Assembly (NCBI GenBank): GCA_965240325.2
Contig: OZ251233.1
Coordinates: forward strand, 806,001 to 870,000
From: Rebecca billardiae RCC1528
Lineage: Eukaryota; Protista; Haptophyta
Direction: 5' to 3'
Length of the DNA: 64,000 nucleotides
Position numbers and translations under genes: made by a program. Positions within the stretch are counted from its first letter, which is position 1. Each line of letters starts with the position of its first letter. The notes beneath the pieces were generated by a model. That model did not search any database. It saw only the letters and a list, made by a program, of their open reading frames with translations, and was not told where the DNA came from. Positions 43,408-56,607 of this stretch are shown here, one piece after another.

Positions 43408-45558
43408 TCACACCGCCATGCGCAGGCGCGGCTGCGTGGGCATCCCCCCGCCGATCCCCGTGCGCATCGCGCTCATCGAGCGCACGCCGTGCGCGGCCGC
43501 GCGCAGCGTCGCGCTCGCCGCGCTGTTCGCCTCCGGCAGATCTCGCATCGGCTTGGGTGCCGTCGTGCCGATCAGCGCGGCGGCGACGCCGACGCCGCCG
43601 GGCACGCCGCCGTCGGCCGCGCCGGCGCGCGGCGGCGCGGGCACGCCGCCCGCCCGGCCGCGCATGCTCGGCGGCGGCGGCAGCGGCGCGCGCGGGTTGG
43701 ACGGCATGCCGGCGGCGGCGGGCCCGGCGCCGTGCGCGCCGAGATGCGCGGCCGCGGCGCCGCCGCTCACGTGCGAGCCCGCGCCCGCGCCGAGCGCGTA
43801 CTGGTTGGCGTCCGAGCCGGCGTTGAGGAATGCCTCGAGCTCGCTGATCGAGATCTGCCCCGAGCCGTCCAGGTCGAGGTACGCGTGCAGGTCGAACACG
43901 TCGACGGGCGGCAGCACCGCCGGCGGGATGCGCAGCACGCGCCGCATGAGCGCCATCAGCTCATCCACGTTGAGCTGCCCAGAGTGGTCGCGGTCCACCT
44001 TGGCGAAGATCTTGTCCCACGAGCGGCCGTACGTGGCGGCGGCCATCTTCTTGCGCACGCTCTGCAGCGTGGCGGGCGGTGGCGGCAGCGTGTGCGCGCG
44101 CGGCTCGTGCGCGCCCTCGCCGCGCCCGCCGCCGCCCTCGCCGATCGGCGGCATCGGCGCGCGCCCGCCGCTGAGCGACTCCGCGGGCGAATGTAGCTGC
44201 GGCGGTTCGACCTCCTCCGCCGACGAGCCGACGATGGGGCGCAGCCGCGCGGTGAGGCTGATGCGCTTCTGGTGCAGCTGCCACTTCCGCGCGGGCTCGC
44301 TGATCTCCGTCGAGCCCGCCAGGATCGCCGTCGACGGCCGCTCGAGCTCCCGCGCCTTCCGCCTCGCCTGCAGGTTGGCATACCAAGTGAGCACGCGGCT
44401 GGTTGCGTCAAGGCCGACCGGGGCGTCTGTGACGTCGATGATGCCGGGGCCGGGGTCGGAGGTGGCGCGGTGCGCGGGGCCGGCGGGCGTGGGCGGCGGC
44501 CTCGCGGCCTCGTCGCGCTCGTACTCCCCGTGCAGCTCGCGCGACTCCTTCGACTCCCGCCGGAGCAGCGTCGCCGTCACCGCGTGCACCTCGGTCAGCC
44601 GGCAGTAGGCGCGGCGGAAGTCGTCAAGCACGTCACCCGCGCGCCCGGCGACGCGGCGCGTGATGCGGAGGAAGAGCATCTCGATGAAGTGGAGGTAGTC
44701 CTCGATCTCGACCGAGTCGGTCCACTGGTCCGCCAGGTCGAACATCGCGTCGCAGTAGTCGTCGAACGAGATTGTATCTTGGCCGTAGGAGTCGTGCGCC
44801 CAGTCCTGCAGCCCGGCGCGCTTGGCGTCGCGCGCGGGCAGCCGCGGCGCGAGCGCCATGCAGATCAGCCGGTGGATCTCGAGGTAGCGCGTGCGCGACA
44901 TGCGGTCGTCGGGGGAGAGGTTCGCCGCGCGCCAGAACGAGCCGACCACCACGCGGAACGCCTGCGCGCGCGTGCACGCGCGCGGGCAGCCGCGGGTGAG
45001 CGCCACCGGCCGCGCGCGCGCGCGCGCAAGGGCTGTTCGCGCGCGCGCCTCGGCACTCTCGAGCTTGACGACCTGCCGCTCGGCGAGCATGTTGACCGTC
45101 TCGTACGAGCGCGAGCCCTGCTTGTAGTACGGCACGCCGTCGCGCTCCGCCCCCTCGTGCTTGAAGCGGTGCATGGCCGAGTGCGTGGTGGAGGCGCTCT
45201 CCCCGAAGATTCGCGTCTCGCTCGGGTCGAGGTGCTTCGGCCGGAGGTCCGGGGAGCCGCCGCGGCTGGAGGCCGAGCCGGGGCGGCTGGCGGCAGGGGA
45301 GTTCGAGCCCGCGGGCGACGCGGGCCCGGGCGTGCCCAGCGATTGCCGCCTGTGCCGGCTGTCTTGCTCGGGCACCTCCATCGATTTGCGCGCCTTGCGC
45401 GCGGCGGGCGGCGGCCGCGGTGGGACGGGCGGCTTGCGCTCGAGGGAGTTGTGCTTGCTGGAGGCGGTGGGCGCGGGCGGGGGGTCACTGACCGTGCGGG
45501 CCGGCGGCAGGCCCTGCACGCCCATGCCCATCGCGAAAGCGCCGTCGATCTGCGCCAT
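43408..45558 (-). CDS. EF-hand Ca2+-binding protein with an 'FDLADQWT' domain
   Basis: Canonical EF-hand pair DRDHSGQLNVDE and DLDGSGQISISE. Upstream block YCDAMFDLADQWTD...YLHFIEMLFLRITR. Probable in-frame intron 45048..44962. Confidence 0.85.
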   Translation of the reverse strand: MAQIDGAFAMGMGVQGLPPARTVSDPPPAPTASSKHNSLERKPPVPPRPPPAARKARKSMEVPEQDSRHRRQSLGTPGPASPAGSNSPAASRPGSASSRGGSPDLRPKHLDPSETRIFGESASTTHSAMHRFKHEGAERDGVPYYKQGSRSYETVNMLAERQVVKLESAEARARTALARARARPVALTRGCPRACTRAQAFRVVVGSFWRAANLSPDDRMSRTRYLEIHRLICMALAPRLPARDAKRAGLQDWAHDSYGQDTISFDDYCDAMFDLADQWTDSVEIEDYLHFIEMLFLRITRRVAGRAGDVLDDFRRAYCRLTEVHAVTATLLRRESKESRELHGEYERDEAARPPPTPAGPAHRATSDPGPGIIDVTDAPVGLDATSRVLTWYANLQARRKARELERPSTAILAGSTEISEPARKWQLHQKRISLTARLRPIVGSSAEEVEPPQLHSPAESLSGGRAPMPPIGEGGGGRGEGAHEPRAHTLPPPPATLQSVRKKMAAATYGRSWDKIFAKVDRDHSGQLNVDELMALMRRVLRIPPAVLPPVDVFDLHAYLDLDGSGQISISELEAFLNAGSDANQYALGAGAGSHVSGGAAAAHLGAHGAGPAAAGMPSNPRAPLPPPPSMRGRAGGVPAPPRAGAADGGVPGGVGVAAALIGTTAPKPMRDLPEANSAASATLRAAAHGVRSMSAMRTGIGGGMPTQPRLRMAV

Positions 45559-45822
45559 GGTCGACGAGCAGCCGCGCCACAACGAGGCCCAGCGCAGGCC
45601 GGGCCAAGGGGGTGCCGGGCTGCCTGGCTGGCTTGCTTGATTGACGACCACAACGTCAAAGGTAACGACGGCAGTAACGCACCGGATTGAATATGAGAGC
45701 CGGCGAGGCAGATGTAACGATTTCGTCGTCCCTTGCGGACACCCGCCTGCCAATCATAGTTAGAGACTCACTAAGACTATTCACTGGATCGTACGTAGCA
45801 TGTACAGTAGCAACCGCTCAGA

Positions 45823-47700
45823 CTACGTCGACGTCGACGTGGCCGCCGCGTAGTGCGCGGGTGCGACCCCTCCCGGCGCGTGCGCGGCCGCGCCCCCGCC
45901 GGGCTGCGCGCGCGAGAGCGCCCCCTCGCGCCACGCGTTGAGCCGCGCCTGCAGCTCGTCGTGCAGCAGCGCACACGTGGCCTCGTCGTCCGCGCTCACC
46001 TCGTACCCGACGGTCGCGCCGCCGGCGGCGCTGCCCAGCGCCGGGCCGCCCGCGCCGCCGGCACCCCCGCCGCCGGCCGCGCCGGCCGCGCCGGCCGCAC
46101 CGCCGCCGCCGCCCCCGCGCGGCGCGTCCGCGCGCACGCCGGCCGCGCCCTCGTCCGCGCGCGCGCCCGCGCAGCGCAGTGTCACCAGGTGGCGGGACGG
46201 CACTCGCTGGATCGAGATGAGACGGCGCCACGCGACGTGCCACCGCGGCGTCCACCGCGTCGAGCGGAGGCAGACGACGCGCTCGGTGGTGCAGAGCACG
46301 GTGAACCGCCCCAGCCCGACGTACGACACCACCTGCTCCCCCGGCTCCCCCACCCCGGACAGGTCCAACACCTCAGCCAATGACGCGTCCAGTCGGTCGT
46401 AAGGCGGCAGTGGCGCGCCCGCGACCACGCCCGCGCGCCGCGGCCGCACGCGGCCGCGCGCGCCGGAGGCGGCGCCGGTGCCGTCGGCGGTGGCGTGGCG
46501 GAGCGCCTCGGATGAGCGCGTCGCGAGCTCGAGCACCCCCGCCGCCGGCTTCACCGCCACGCCCACCAGCCCCTTGGCCACGCCCACCATCGCGCCGCGC
46601 AGCCCGTCGCGCTGCGCGCCCTCGAGGGGAGATTGAATCACGCCAGTGGCGCCCTCCACGATGGCGCGGCCGAGGTGGTGGGCGGAGTGGACGAGGCCGC
46701 GGTGCACGCCGCTGCCGGGCGGCGGCGTGGGCTGCGCGAGCCGCCGGTTCCGCCGCTCGATGTACTCCGCGTCCATCGAGAGGTACGCGATCCCCTTCCC
46801 GACCGAGCCGGTGATGCGCGACGTGGCGCCCGCCGTGCCAGACAGCGTGTTGCGCAGGAGCGAGGCGGTGCCTCTGACCAGCCCCGCGCCCACGCCGAGC
46901 GCGGAGCCGCCCGCGGCGGCGGCGGCGACGGGCTCGAGGATGAAGTCGCGCACGCCCGAGCCCAGGTTCGAGAGCAGCCCGGCGGGCGAGCCCAGGATGT
47001 CCGAGTACCCGAGCACCTTGTACGCCTCGCACAGCGCCGCGCGCGTGTAGTGCGCGCCCACGCGCGCGCGCAGCTCAGCCGGCGGGACAAACGGATCCGT
47101 GATCTGAAGCCCGCCCAGCCGGAGCGGCGCGCGGTCGACGGCGGTGGCGAGCTCGAGCACGTGCAGCAGCGCGGCGAGCGGGTTCGCGCCGCCCGGACCG
47201 CTCGGCACGTACGACACGTTGATCCGCAGCGGCGCGATCGAGAGCGCGCCGACGTACACGCGAGCGCGCGCGCGCGCCGACGCGGGCGACGCGCCCGCGG
47301 CGCGGCGGTCGTCGTCGTCGGCGGTGGCTGCGCCGGCGCGCGCCGATCCCGGGCGCGGCTTGGCGGGGCCGGTCGTGGGCGCGCCTGCCGAGGGCACGCG
47401 CGGCGCGGCGTCCATCGGGCCCGGCGACACCGTGCCGCCGCCCTCGCCCGCGCCGCACACCGCGCCGTCGCTCGCGCCGCCGCCGCGCGCGTGCGCCGAG
47501 CGCGCGCCGCCGCCCGGCCGCACCCACAGGGGCGGCGCGGGCGTGCGCGTGGCGCCGTGCTCGGCGGCAGGCAGCGCGCGCAGCACGGCGGCGTGCGCCG
47601 CCTCGTCCGCCTCGGCATCGGCGCGGCGCGCCTCGCTCGCCGCCGCCGCCGCGCCGAGCAGCGCCAGCTCCTCCGCCGCCAAGACCGCCGCCTCCTGCTG

Positions 47701-47761
<61 letters not shown>

Positions 47762-48404
47762 AGCAGGCCGCTGCCGCCAAGCCACCAGCCGCCGCCGCCG
47801 CCGCCCGCGCCGCCGCCCGCCGACGCGAGGAGCCTCGGCACGAGGTGCGGCGGCAGCGCGCGCAGCACCGCCGCGCCGAGCTGCACGATCAGCGCCTCGT
47901 CCACCACCGCGTCCGTCTCCGCCAGCTGCAGCGAGATTGCTCGGAGATACAGCATGGCCGCCGAGCGGTGCTCTAGCAGCGCGCTCGCCTGCACGTGCGG
48001 CGGCGGCGCGCGCGCGCCCGGCGGCGCGCCGGCGGCGGCGGCGCCGTGCTGCTGCTGCTGCTGCTGCTGCTGCGAGGGGAGCGTGGCGCCGTCGGCGCCG
48101 CCCTGCGCGCCCGGCGGCGCAGACGCCGCCGACGGCGCGAGCACGACCGGCGCGCGCGCGCGCCGCGTCTGATTATCCAGCTGCACCGCCGAGATTGCAA
48201 TCTCGACGGTCGAGACGGCGCCGCCGCCCGCGCTCGCGCGCGGCTCGACGGCGTAGCCCGCGCTCAGCCCGCGCACGGTGGCGTACAGCAGCTCGGCGGG
48301 CGAGCCGTCGACGAAGCTCACGCCGGCGCCCGCGAGCTCGAGCCGCAGGTCGAGAGAGTGCCGCCCCGACAGCACTCGAGACAGGAGGTCGAGCCGCGCG
48401 CCGC

Positions 48405-48435
<31 letters not shown>

Positions 48436-49645
48436 GGCGGGCTGCGCGCGCGCCGGCGTCGCGCCGCGCGCGGCACCGCCCGGCGGCTCGGCGTCCGCCT
48501 CGCCCGCCGCCGCCTCCGCCGGCCCCGCGCCAGCGCCGCCGTGGGGCGACGCCGCCGCGGGCGCGTCGTGCCACCGGACGGTGAGCACGCGCGTCGGGCC
48601 GTCTGCCTCCACCTCCGCGCGCAGAACCTTCTGCGGAACCTTCGGCGGAAGGCGCGCGGAAGGTTCCGAGGGCTCCGCGCCGGCCGCGCCGTCGTCGTGC
48701 GCCGCGCCGCCGCCCGGCGCGGCGGCGCCCGCGCGCAGCTCGAGCGCGTGCGAGGTGCCCACGCGCGCGAGGTCCACCGTGCCGACCACGCCCACGCCGG
48801 GCACCGCCAGCTCAAGCCACGGCGGCAGCGACGGCTCATCGCATGCGTACGCAGCGGCATGGCCGGGGGGCAGCGCCTCGGAGGCGCCCTGCGCGCCGCG
48901 CTGGGCGAAGCGGAGGTGCGTGTCGGGCGTGCCGTTGATGATCCGGAACGGCGGCGCGCGCGGGTCCTCCGCGCCCAGGCTCACCACCGTCACGCCGCCC
49001 ACCAGCCGCACCTGCGCGCGGGCCAGGTAGGGCGGCGCGCCGCGGTCCGCGCGGTCGCGCAGCTTGAGCACGAACTCGCCCGGACTCTCGATCCGGAATC
49101 CGGCGGACCACGCCCAGCGGGACGTGTCCTCGAAGCAGAGCGCGAGCGTCGGCGCCGCCGCCGCCGAGCCGCCGCCGCCCGCGGGCGCGTGCGGCCAGTG
49201 CCACGCCAGCCGGCCGCCGCGCGCCAGCCTGGTGCTCGGCGCGTCCGCGCCGCCGCCGCCGCTCTGACTCAGCAGCAGGTCGCACGCCATGCAGTTTCGC
49301 AGCTCGTACCGGTGGCGCACGGTGAGCACCTTGGTGCGCCAGAACGGCCCGCGCGCGAGCTCGATGCTCGTCGCGAGCTCGTACGACATCCGCCGCCCCG
49401 CGCCGCCGCGGGGCGCGGGCAGCTCGCGCGGCACCGACAGACTGCCGGCCACGCCCACAGACGCAAGAGCAAACGGCCGCGACCAGACTGACGGCCCGAC
49501 CCGCAGCCGGCAGCGGTGGCCGAAGAGGTCGAAGGCGGGGTACGAGAAGATGGTGAGCGCCTCGGCGCGCGGCGCAGCGCCGGGGGCATCGCCGCCGACG
49601 ACCCCGCCGCCTGCCCACGACGCACCGCCGTCCTCGAGCCACGGC

Positions 49646-49681
<36 letters not shown>

Positions 49682-50979
49682 TCCGCGCCGCCGGGCGGCG
49701 CGTGCGCATCGCCCGTGCCGCCCGCGCCCGCGCCGCCGCCCGCGCCGCGCGGCTCGGCGGCCTCGAGCGGGAACGCGTGCTGCGGCGGTAGCTGCGCGCC
49801 GAACAGCGCGTCGCGGCTGCAGTAGTTCGCGTACAAAGCGCGCGGCGGCAGCTCGCTCGGGCAGAGCGCGCGCGCGGGCGCGGCGCCGCCGCCTTCGGCC
49901 GGCGGCGCATCCGCCGAGCCCTCCTCCGCCGCGCCCGCGCCGCCGCCGGGCGCGCCGCGCTCGGCCTCGGCGCGCGAGGCGCCGCCGCCGCCCTCGCGTG
50001 CCGCGCCCGACCCCACCGCGCCCGCGCCCGACCCCGCCGCGCCCGTGCCCGAGGCCGCCGGAGTCGCGCCGCGCGCCGCGCCAGAGCGCGCGCCGCCTGG
50101 CTGCTGCGCCGCGCCCGCGCCCGACCCCGCGCCCGGCGCGTGCGCGTGCAAAGGCGGCGGGATGGCGTGGAACTGGGAGAGGGAGACGGGGAGTCCGGTG
50201 CAGTTGTGCACCCAGAAGGGCGCGTACACGCAGACGACGAGCTGCCCGCTGCGCTCGAAGCGCTGGCTGACCGAGAGCGCGAAATGCAGCGCGTGCCCCG
50301 CAGCGTCGGCGAGCGTCACCACGAGGCGTGACGTTGCGCCTGCCGCCGAGCTCGCTGCACCGCCCGCGCCGCCGCCCGCGCCGCCGCCCGCGGCCGCCGG
50401 GCGGCGCGCGAGCGCGAGCTCGCCCGACCAGCTCGAGTGCGGCAGCTGCACGCGCAGCTTGAGCTGCTGCGTGCGCTGCGTGTCCACGCCGCTCAGCACG
50501 GACCACTCGCCGCCCGCGCGCAGCACGCGCTCCTCGCGGTGAGCCGGCGGCGCGCCGTGCCGCGAGCCGTCGGCGCGCGCGCCGCCACCTGCCGCGCCGC
50601 CGAGGCCGCGCCGCCGCGCGCCGTGCGCCGCTGCGCCGCTGCCGCCGCTGCCGCCGCCGCTGGCCGTGCGCGGCGGCAGGTCCGGGCCGGCGGCGTCCGC
50701 CCCAGTCTCGTGCGCGCCCGGCGCCGGCCCCGCCGCCACCGCGCCAGCGCTCGTCGCGCGCGGCTCCGCGCCGCCGTCCGCGGCCGCGGCCGCGCCGCCG
50801 TCCGCCACCGCCCGCGCGGCCGCGGCCTCGGCCGCCGCCGCAGCGCGTCCGCACCCGCAGGCTGCGCCGCCGGCCGCGCTGGCGAGGGCGGAGTGCTCGC
50901 GCTCGGGCTCGTCGTCATCGGCGCCGCTGCCCGAGGCGCCGCTGCCTCTCCGCACGCCGACGGCACCGCCGCCCTCCGA

Positions 50980-51044
<65 letters not shown>

Positions 51045-54000
51045 TACTCGACTGCCGAGCCTCGCTCAGCGCGAGCGCGACAGGGCAGGGCAGCAGGCAG
51101 CGCAGCCGCACCGGCGCGTGCAGTTGGATCGAGCACGGCCGGAGCAGGGAGATCCGGCCCGAGCCGCCGGCGCCGCGCGAGCCGAGCACGACCTCGAGGC
51201 CGTTGGTGGCGCGTGCGCCCTGCTGCGCGCGCCGAGCGCCGGCGCCGCCCGCACCGCCGTCGGCGCGCGCCGCGCCGCCACTCATGCCCGCGCCCGCGCC
51301 GCCGCCGTGCGCTGCGCCGCCAGGGCCGAGCACCTCGCCGCCGACGGGCTCGACGCGCGCGCAGCACAGCCACAGCGGCGCAGGCGACGCGGCGCTGCTC
51401 TGCGCACTCTCCCGCTCCGCGGGGAGCTGCTGCGGACCCGCCGACCCGCCGTCCACCGCAACACCGACAGCGGCGGCGGCGCCGCCGCCGTTGCCGCCGC
51501 CGCCGCCGCCGCGCGCAGGCGCGCGCGGCCGGCAGCGGACCATCTCGACGACGCCCGTCGCCGTGACAGTGAGCGGCGGGCTCCACGCGTACGCGGCGGC
51601 GAGGGCCTTTTCGCCCTCGCCCGCCGCGCCGCCCCCCGCCCTCGGCGCGAGCGGCCGGACCCGCACCACCGGATCCGCCGCCATCTCGAGAGGGACACAC
51701 GCCGCGGCTCCGGCCGGCAGCAGCAGCCGCCGCTCGGCCGCGAGCGAGGGTGAGTAGAGGAGCACCTCGAGCGGCGAGGGGAGGGCGTTGGAGAGGCGCA
51801 GCGCAGAGAGCACGTGCACGCGCACGTTCTGCGCCTCGCGCGTCACGCGCACCACGAGGCGCACCGGCAGCCGGCGCGCGGCCGCCGCCAACCCCTCCGT
51901 CGCGCGCTCGCGCTCGGCAGAGCGCGCGCGCGCGCGCGCCGCGCCGCGCGCGGGCGTGCGCGGGGGGCTGGGCGCGGCGCCGGCGTCGGCGGCGCGCGTT
52001 GCGTGGGCGAGTGGCGTCGGGCGCCACGCCGCGCCGCCGGTGGCGGCTGGCAGCACCGCGCTGCCCCGCAGCGCGCCCGCCGCCTCCTCCGCCACCGCCG
52101 CCGCGTCCGCGCCGGCCGCGCGACAGGCCGCGCGCGCTCGCACAGTCGAGTGCGAGCGCGCGGCCGCGGGCGGCGTGGCCGCTGCGCGCGCGGGGCGGAG
52201 CACGTGCGTGGAGACCCCTGGCACGTCGATGCGCATGGCGACGGTGTCCGCCGAGACTGACGGCAGTTGCAGCGCCACCACGCGCGGCGGCGGGGGTCGC
52301 AGCAGCGTCCCGAGCGAGGCGCCGAGCCGTGAGCGCGCCCCGCCGCCCCACAGCCGGAAAGCCTCGGTGCTGCCGGCGGCGACGCGAAGGATGCCGCCGG
52401 CGGGGCGCCACGCGGCGCCGCCCGCCGCGCCGTCGGCGCCATCGGCCGCGCCCGCCGCGCGCACCAGCAGCAGATCCACGCCGCACTCGTTGTGCACGAC
52501 GAACGGACGGCGGCGCGCGCCGCCGGCCGCGCGCTCGGCGCCGGCGCCGCCGCGAGGCGCGGCGCCGCGCGCGCGCTCGCGAGCGGCGGCGACGAGCGCG
52601 GCGGCGGCGGCGGCGGCGCCGGCGGGCGCGTCGTCGGGTGCGGGCATGCGCGGGGCGAGCTGCGCGATCAGCGCGGCGAGCATCGCGTGCGTCACGCTGA
52701 GCTCAAGACGCTCCGCCGCGCGCACGCTGAGCGCGCACCCCAGCCCGCCCACAATCCGCACGCGCGCGCGCGCCTCCACCGCCCACGGCTCCAGCAGCGG
52801 CTCCCAGCCGGCGCAGCGCTCCGCGTAGTGCGAAGCCTCGAGCCCCTCGCAGCGGCCCAGCACGTCCACGCCGTCCAGAAGCCGCGGGAACGAGGCGCGC
52901 AGTGAGAGCGCGCGCGCGCAGCCGAAGAGCGCGGGCCGCGCGCCGCGCGCGCCGTCCAGCGCCAGCACGCGCACCGCTCCCAGCTCGACACTCGCCCGGT
53001 ACCGCGGCCGCTTGAGCAGCGCCGCCACCAGCCCTAGGCGGATGCGCGCGGGGTAGATGGCAAATTCTGCGAGCGCGCGCAGGCTCGGAGCGTGCAGCAC
53101 AGCGTCGAGCGGCGCGATCGCGATCGAGATCGTCATCTCGGACGCGGGGCCGTCCGCGCCGCGCGCGCCCGCCGCCGCCGAGCCGCCGCTCCCGCCGCCG
53201 GTGTCGGCCTGCGGTGCGCGCGCGCGCGGCTCCAAGCGGCGGTGCGTGCAGCGGAGCTCGTAGAAGGGTCGTGGGGAGAAAGGACGCGGGCCGCCCGGCG
53301 CGCGCGGCGGCTCGAACGGCCCACTCGAGCCCCCCTCGCCGCCGCCTCCGCCGCCGTCACCGCTCGGGGCGGCGGCTGCGGAGGCGGCGGCGGAGGCGGA
53401 GGCGGCGTGAGCGCAAAACGAGTCCCAGGCCCCGCCCCAGCCCTCCAGCTCCGCGCACGCTGCGCCGGGCTCGGCGCGCACGGCGGCGCGCGGGGCGCCA
53501 TCCTCGTCCGACGTACTCGCTGACAAGGAGGTGCCCTGGGAGAGAGCGGACGCCGAGCGGCGCAGAGCGGCGGGCGCGTCCGCGTCTGCGTCCGCGCGCG
53601 CGCACGCGCGCGCGGCGCGCGGCGCGGCGGCCGCGGCGCACGCCGGCGCCGCGCCGGGGCCAGTGCTGCGCGGCGGCGGCGCAGGGGGAGTGCCGCGCGC
53701 GGGCAGCGAGGAGCAGCCCTCGGCGGCGGGCGGCGACGCCGCCGGCGCGGCACAGCCCGGACCGTGCGCCGCCGAAGGTGCCGCCGCCGCCGCCGCCGCG
53801 CCCGCGCCCGCGCCAACGCTCGCCGCAGACGGCATGGCCGCGGCACCGGCCGCGCGTCCGCTCCCAACTGTCGAGCTGGGCGCGCGTCGCGCGGGCGCTT
53901 CGTGCGCGCCCTCTGCCGCGGCGGCGGCGCGGAGCTCGGCGGCGGCGGCGCGTGTCTCCGAGTCCCACTGCTCCGGCGGCGGCGAGCACAGCACCTGCGC

Positions 54001-56349
54001 GCACGGCGAGTCCGCCGCCGCGAAGTCGGTCAGCTCGAGCGCGCGCACGGCCGCGGCCGTGTGCACCGCGCCGCCGCCTTCGGTGCGCAGCCGCAAGCTC
54101 ACGTCCAGCACCGCCAGGGCAGCGATGGGCCGGAGCGCAGCGGCGGCGTCGGCGGCGGCGTCGGCGTCGGCGTCGGCGGCGGCGGCGGCGTCGGCGTGGT
54201 CGGACGGCACGCCGGGCGCACGCGCACGCGCGCCGCCGCCCGCGACGCCGCAGCTCGCGTGCCCGGCCGCGCGCACCGGCGGCGTCGGCGGCGCGGCGCG
54301 CGGCGTGCCGCCCGCGCCGCCGCCCGCCGCTTCGGCCGCGTCGTCAGCCGGACCAAGCAGCAGCACGTGAGCGCTGCGCAGGTCAAAGGTGAGGCGCACG
54401 CGCAGCGCGTCCGCCCCGCCCTCCGCCTGCGCGTCGTCCAGCGCGGCGGTGAGAGACGCCTCGGCCTGCGCCGGCGCGGCCGCGGCCGACGCCGCCGCGG
54501 CCGCGGCCGCGCGCTGCGAGGCCGGCGCCGCCTCGCCACCGCCGCCCGCGGCTGCGTCCGCGCCCGCATCTGCCGTGCCGCGCGGCGCGGCCGCGGCGCC
54601 GCCGCCGCCGCCATCGCCGCCACGGCGCCACTTGCCGAAGATGGAGCCCCACCCGCCGCCGCCGCCACCACCGCCACCGCCGCCGCGCGCCCCGGCCGAG
54701 TGCGGCGCCGCGTCGCCGCCGCCCTTGGCTTGCACCGCCGCCGCGGCCGCGCGCGCGCCCGCGCGCGCCGCGCGCGCCGCTTCGGCCGCGGCAGCGGCGG
54801 CGCCCCAGGAGCGGAAGAGGAGCACATCTTGCACGCTGAGCTCGTCCTCGATCGCGAGCAGCTCCTCCGCCTCGCGCCTCGAGCGGAACGTCGCGCGGTG
54901 CAGCTCCAAGTACCGCAGCCGCGCGCGCCGCCGCGCGCTGAGCGCCGAGCCGCGCAGCCTGAAGCGCCGGCAGCGCGCGGCCTCCTCAGCGCACACGCAC
55001 TCGACGGCCCAGCGCCACCACGCGCGCGCGCACGCGCCGTGCCGCGGGCGCGCGCCCGGCCGCTTGCGCCAGTGCGCGTACCACCGCCGGATGTTCGTCC
55101 CGAACTCGAGCAGCCGGAGCAGCGCGCGGTACTGCCGGCGGCTGAGCGTCACTCGCACCGGCGCGAAGGCGACCGTGGCGGACAGCAGCGCGGCCGGCGC
55201 GGCCGGCGCGGCCGGCGCGGCCGGCGCGGCGGTTGGAGGCTCGCGCGCGTCGGGCGCGGCGCGCGGGGAGGAGGCGTCGGCGGCGGCGGGGCGGCTGCTC
55301 CCGCGGCGCGCGCTCCCGCCGTGCGCGCTCCAGCCGCCACCGCCGCCCCGGCCCCCGCCGTCCGCGCCGCCCGCGCGCGCGCCGCCCGGCGCGCCGTCCG
55401 CGCCGCGCCGCGCGCTCAGCTCCAGCGCGGCTCGCAGCGCGAGCGGGTGCAGGACGAGCGCGGCGGCGGTGGGCGTGAGCATCTGCTCGAAGCAGACGCG
55501 CAGCTCGGACACGCGCGCGCTGCCCTCGCCCGCCCGCGCGATCACGTCGAGGAACTCCACCGGCACCTGCCGCCCGCCCGGCTCCAGATACAATCTCGCG
55601 CCGCTCACGTGCAGGGCCTTGCGCAGCTGGCCGGCGGGCGCGCGCGCGGCCGCGGGCGGCGTGTGCGCGGGATCGGGCGCGGACGAGGCCGCGGGCCCGC
55701 CGGCGGGACTCCCCGCCCCCGCGCCCGCCTCCGCGCCCGCGCGCTCCGCCGCGCCCTGCCCCTGCGCCGCGCGCGCGCGCAGCTCGGCGCGCTCCAGTAG
55801 GACACCGAGGTTAAGAGGCCCGCCCGTCAGGCTGCCCTCGTCCTCGAGGCGGACGTGCACGTTGCGCAGCGTGACCTGCACCGAGTCAAGGAGCTGCGTG
55901 CCCAGCCGCACGTAGAACGAGTTGCCCGAGAGCAGCCCCGCCAGCTGGCCCGCGCCGCGCGCGCCGGACGAGCGGACGAGTTGCTCGGCCGCGGCGATGC
56001 GCTCCTGCTTCTCCTTGCGCGCCTCGGCGGGCGAGCGCGCGGGGCGCAGCGAGATGCCGCGCCCGTCGGAGCGGGGCGAGAGGAGCAGGTAGGCCGACTC
56101 GATGTGCACCGCGATCGGCTCGTGCCCCAGCCGCGACACGCGCGGCAGGTCGACGCGCAGCCGGCCGACGCATCCCGCCTTGATCGCGAGCGGCAGGCCG
56201 TGTCTCTCGAACGCCTCGCGGCGCACCTCGAGGTCGCTGAGCTCGAGGTGGCCCGTGGCAAGGCCTGCGCGCAGCGCCGACGCGTCCACCTTGACGTACT
56301 CGCCGATGTACCGCTGCAGCACGTCGACGAGCAGCGCCGTGAAGACCAT
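45823..56349 (-). CDS. VPS13: VPS13-family bridge-like lipid transfer protein (~3508 aa, apparently intronless)
   Basis: Chorein-N MVFTALLVDVLQRYIGEYV...GHLELSDLEVR...LPLAIKAGCVGRLRVDLP; WEPLLEPW; VAB-like VYAPFWVHNCTGLP and RTKVLTVRHRYELRN; QLDNQ; C-terminal DILGSPAGLLSNLGSGVRDF...GVAKGLVGVAVKPAAGVL...RVRPRR and a PH-like tail. Confidence 0.95.
47703..47760. repeat. (GCC)n coding microsatellite (poly-Gly in VPS13)
   Basis: About 19 pure units. A second similar tract lies at ~50980-51042. Confidence 0.9.
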
Positions 56350-56607
56350 GGCGCCGGCCCTCCGGCCGCCACCGCCGCGCGCTCCGCCAAAAAAGCGTCC
56401 GCTTGCTTGGCGCTTTTCAGCTTGACGAGGTCGCCTGTCGCGCCCGGACCCGGACCACGGTGCCGAGTCCGGCTGAGCAGTCGAAGACGGGCAAGTCGGC
56501 AGCTCGAACCGCGCCGCCCAGCCCTTTCTGCGGCCGGCAACGACAGCTCGCGCCGCGCTCGGCCGACGTCGGTGGCCTCGCACGGCCGCGCGCGCCCCCG
56601 CCCGAGC

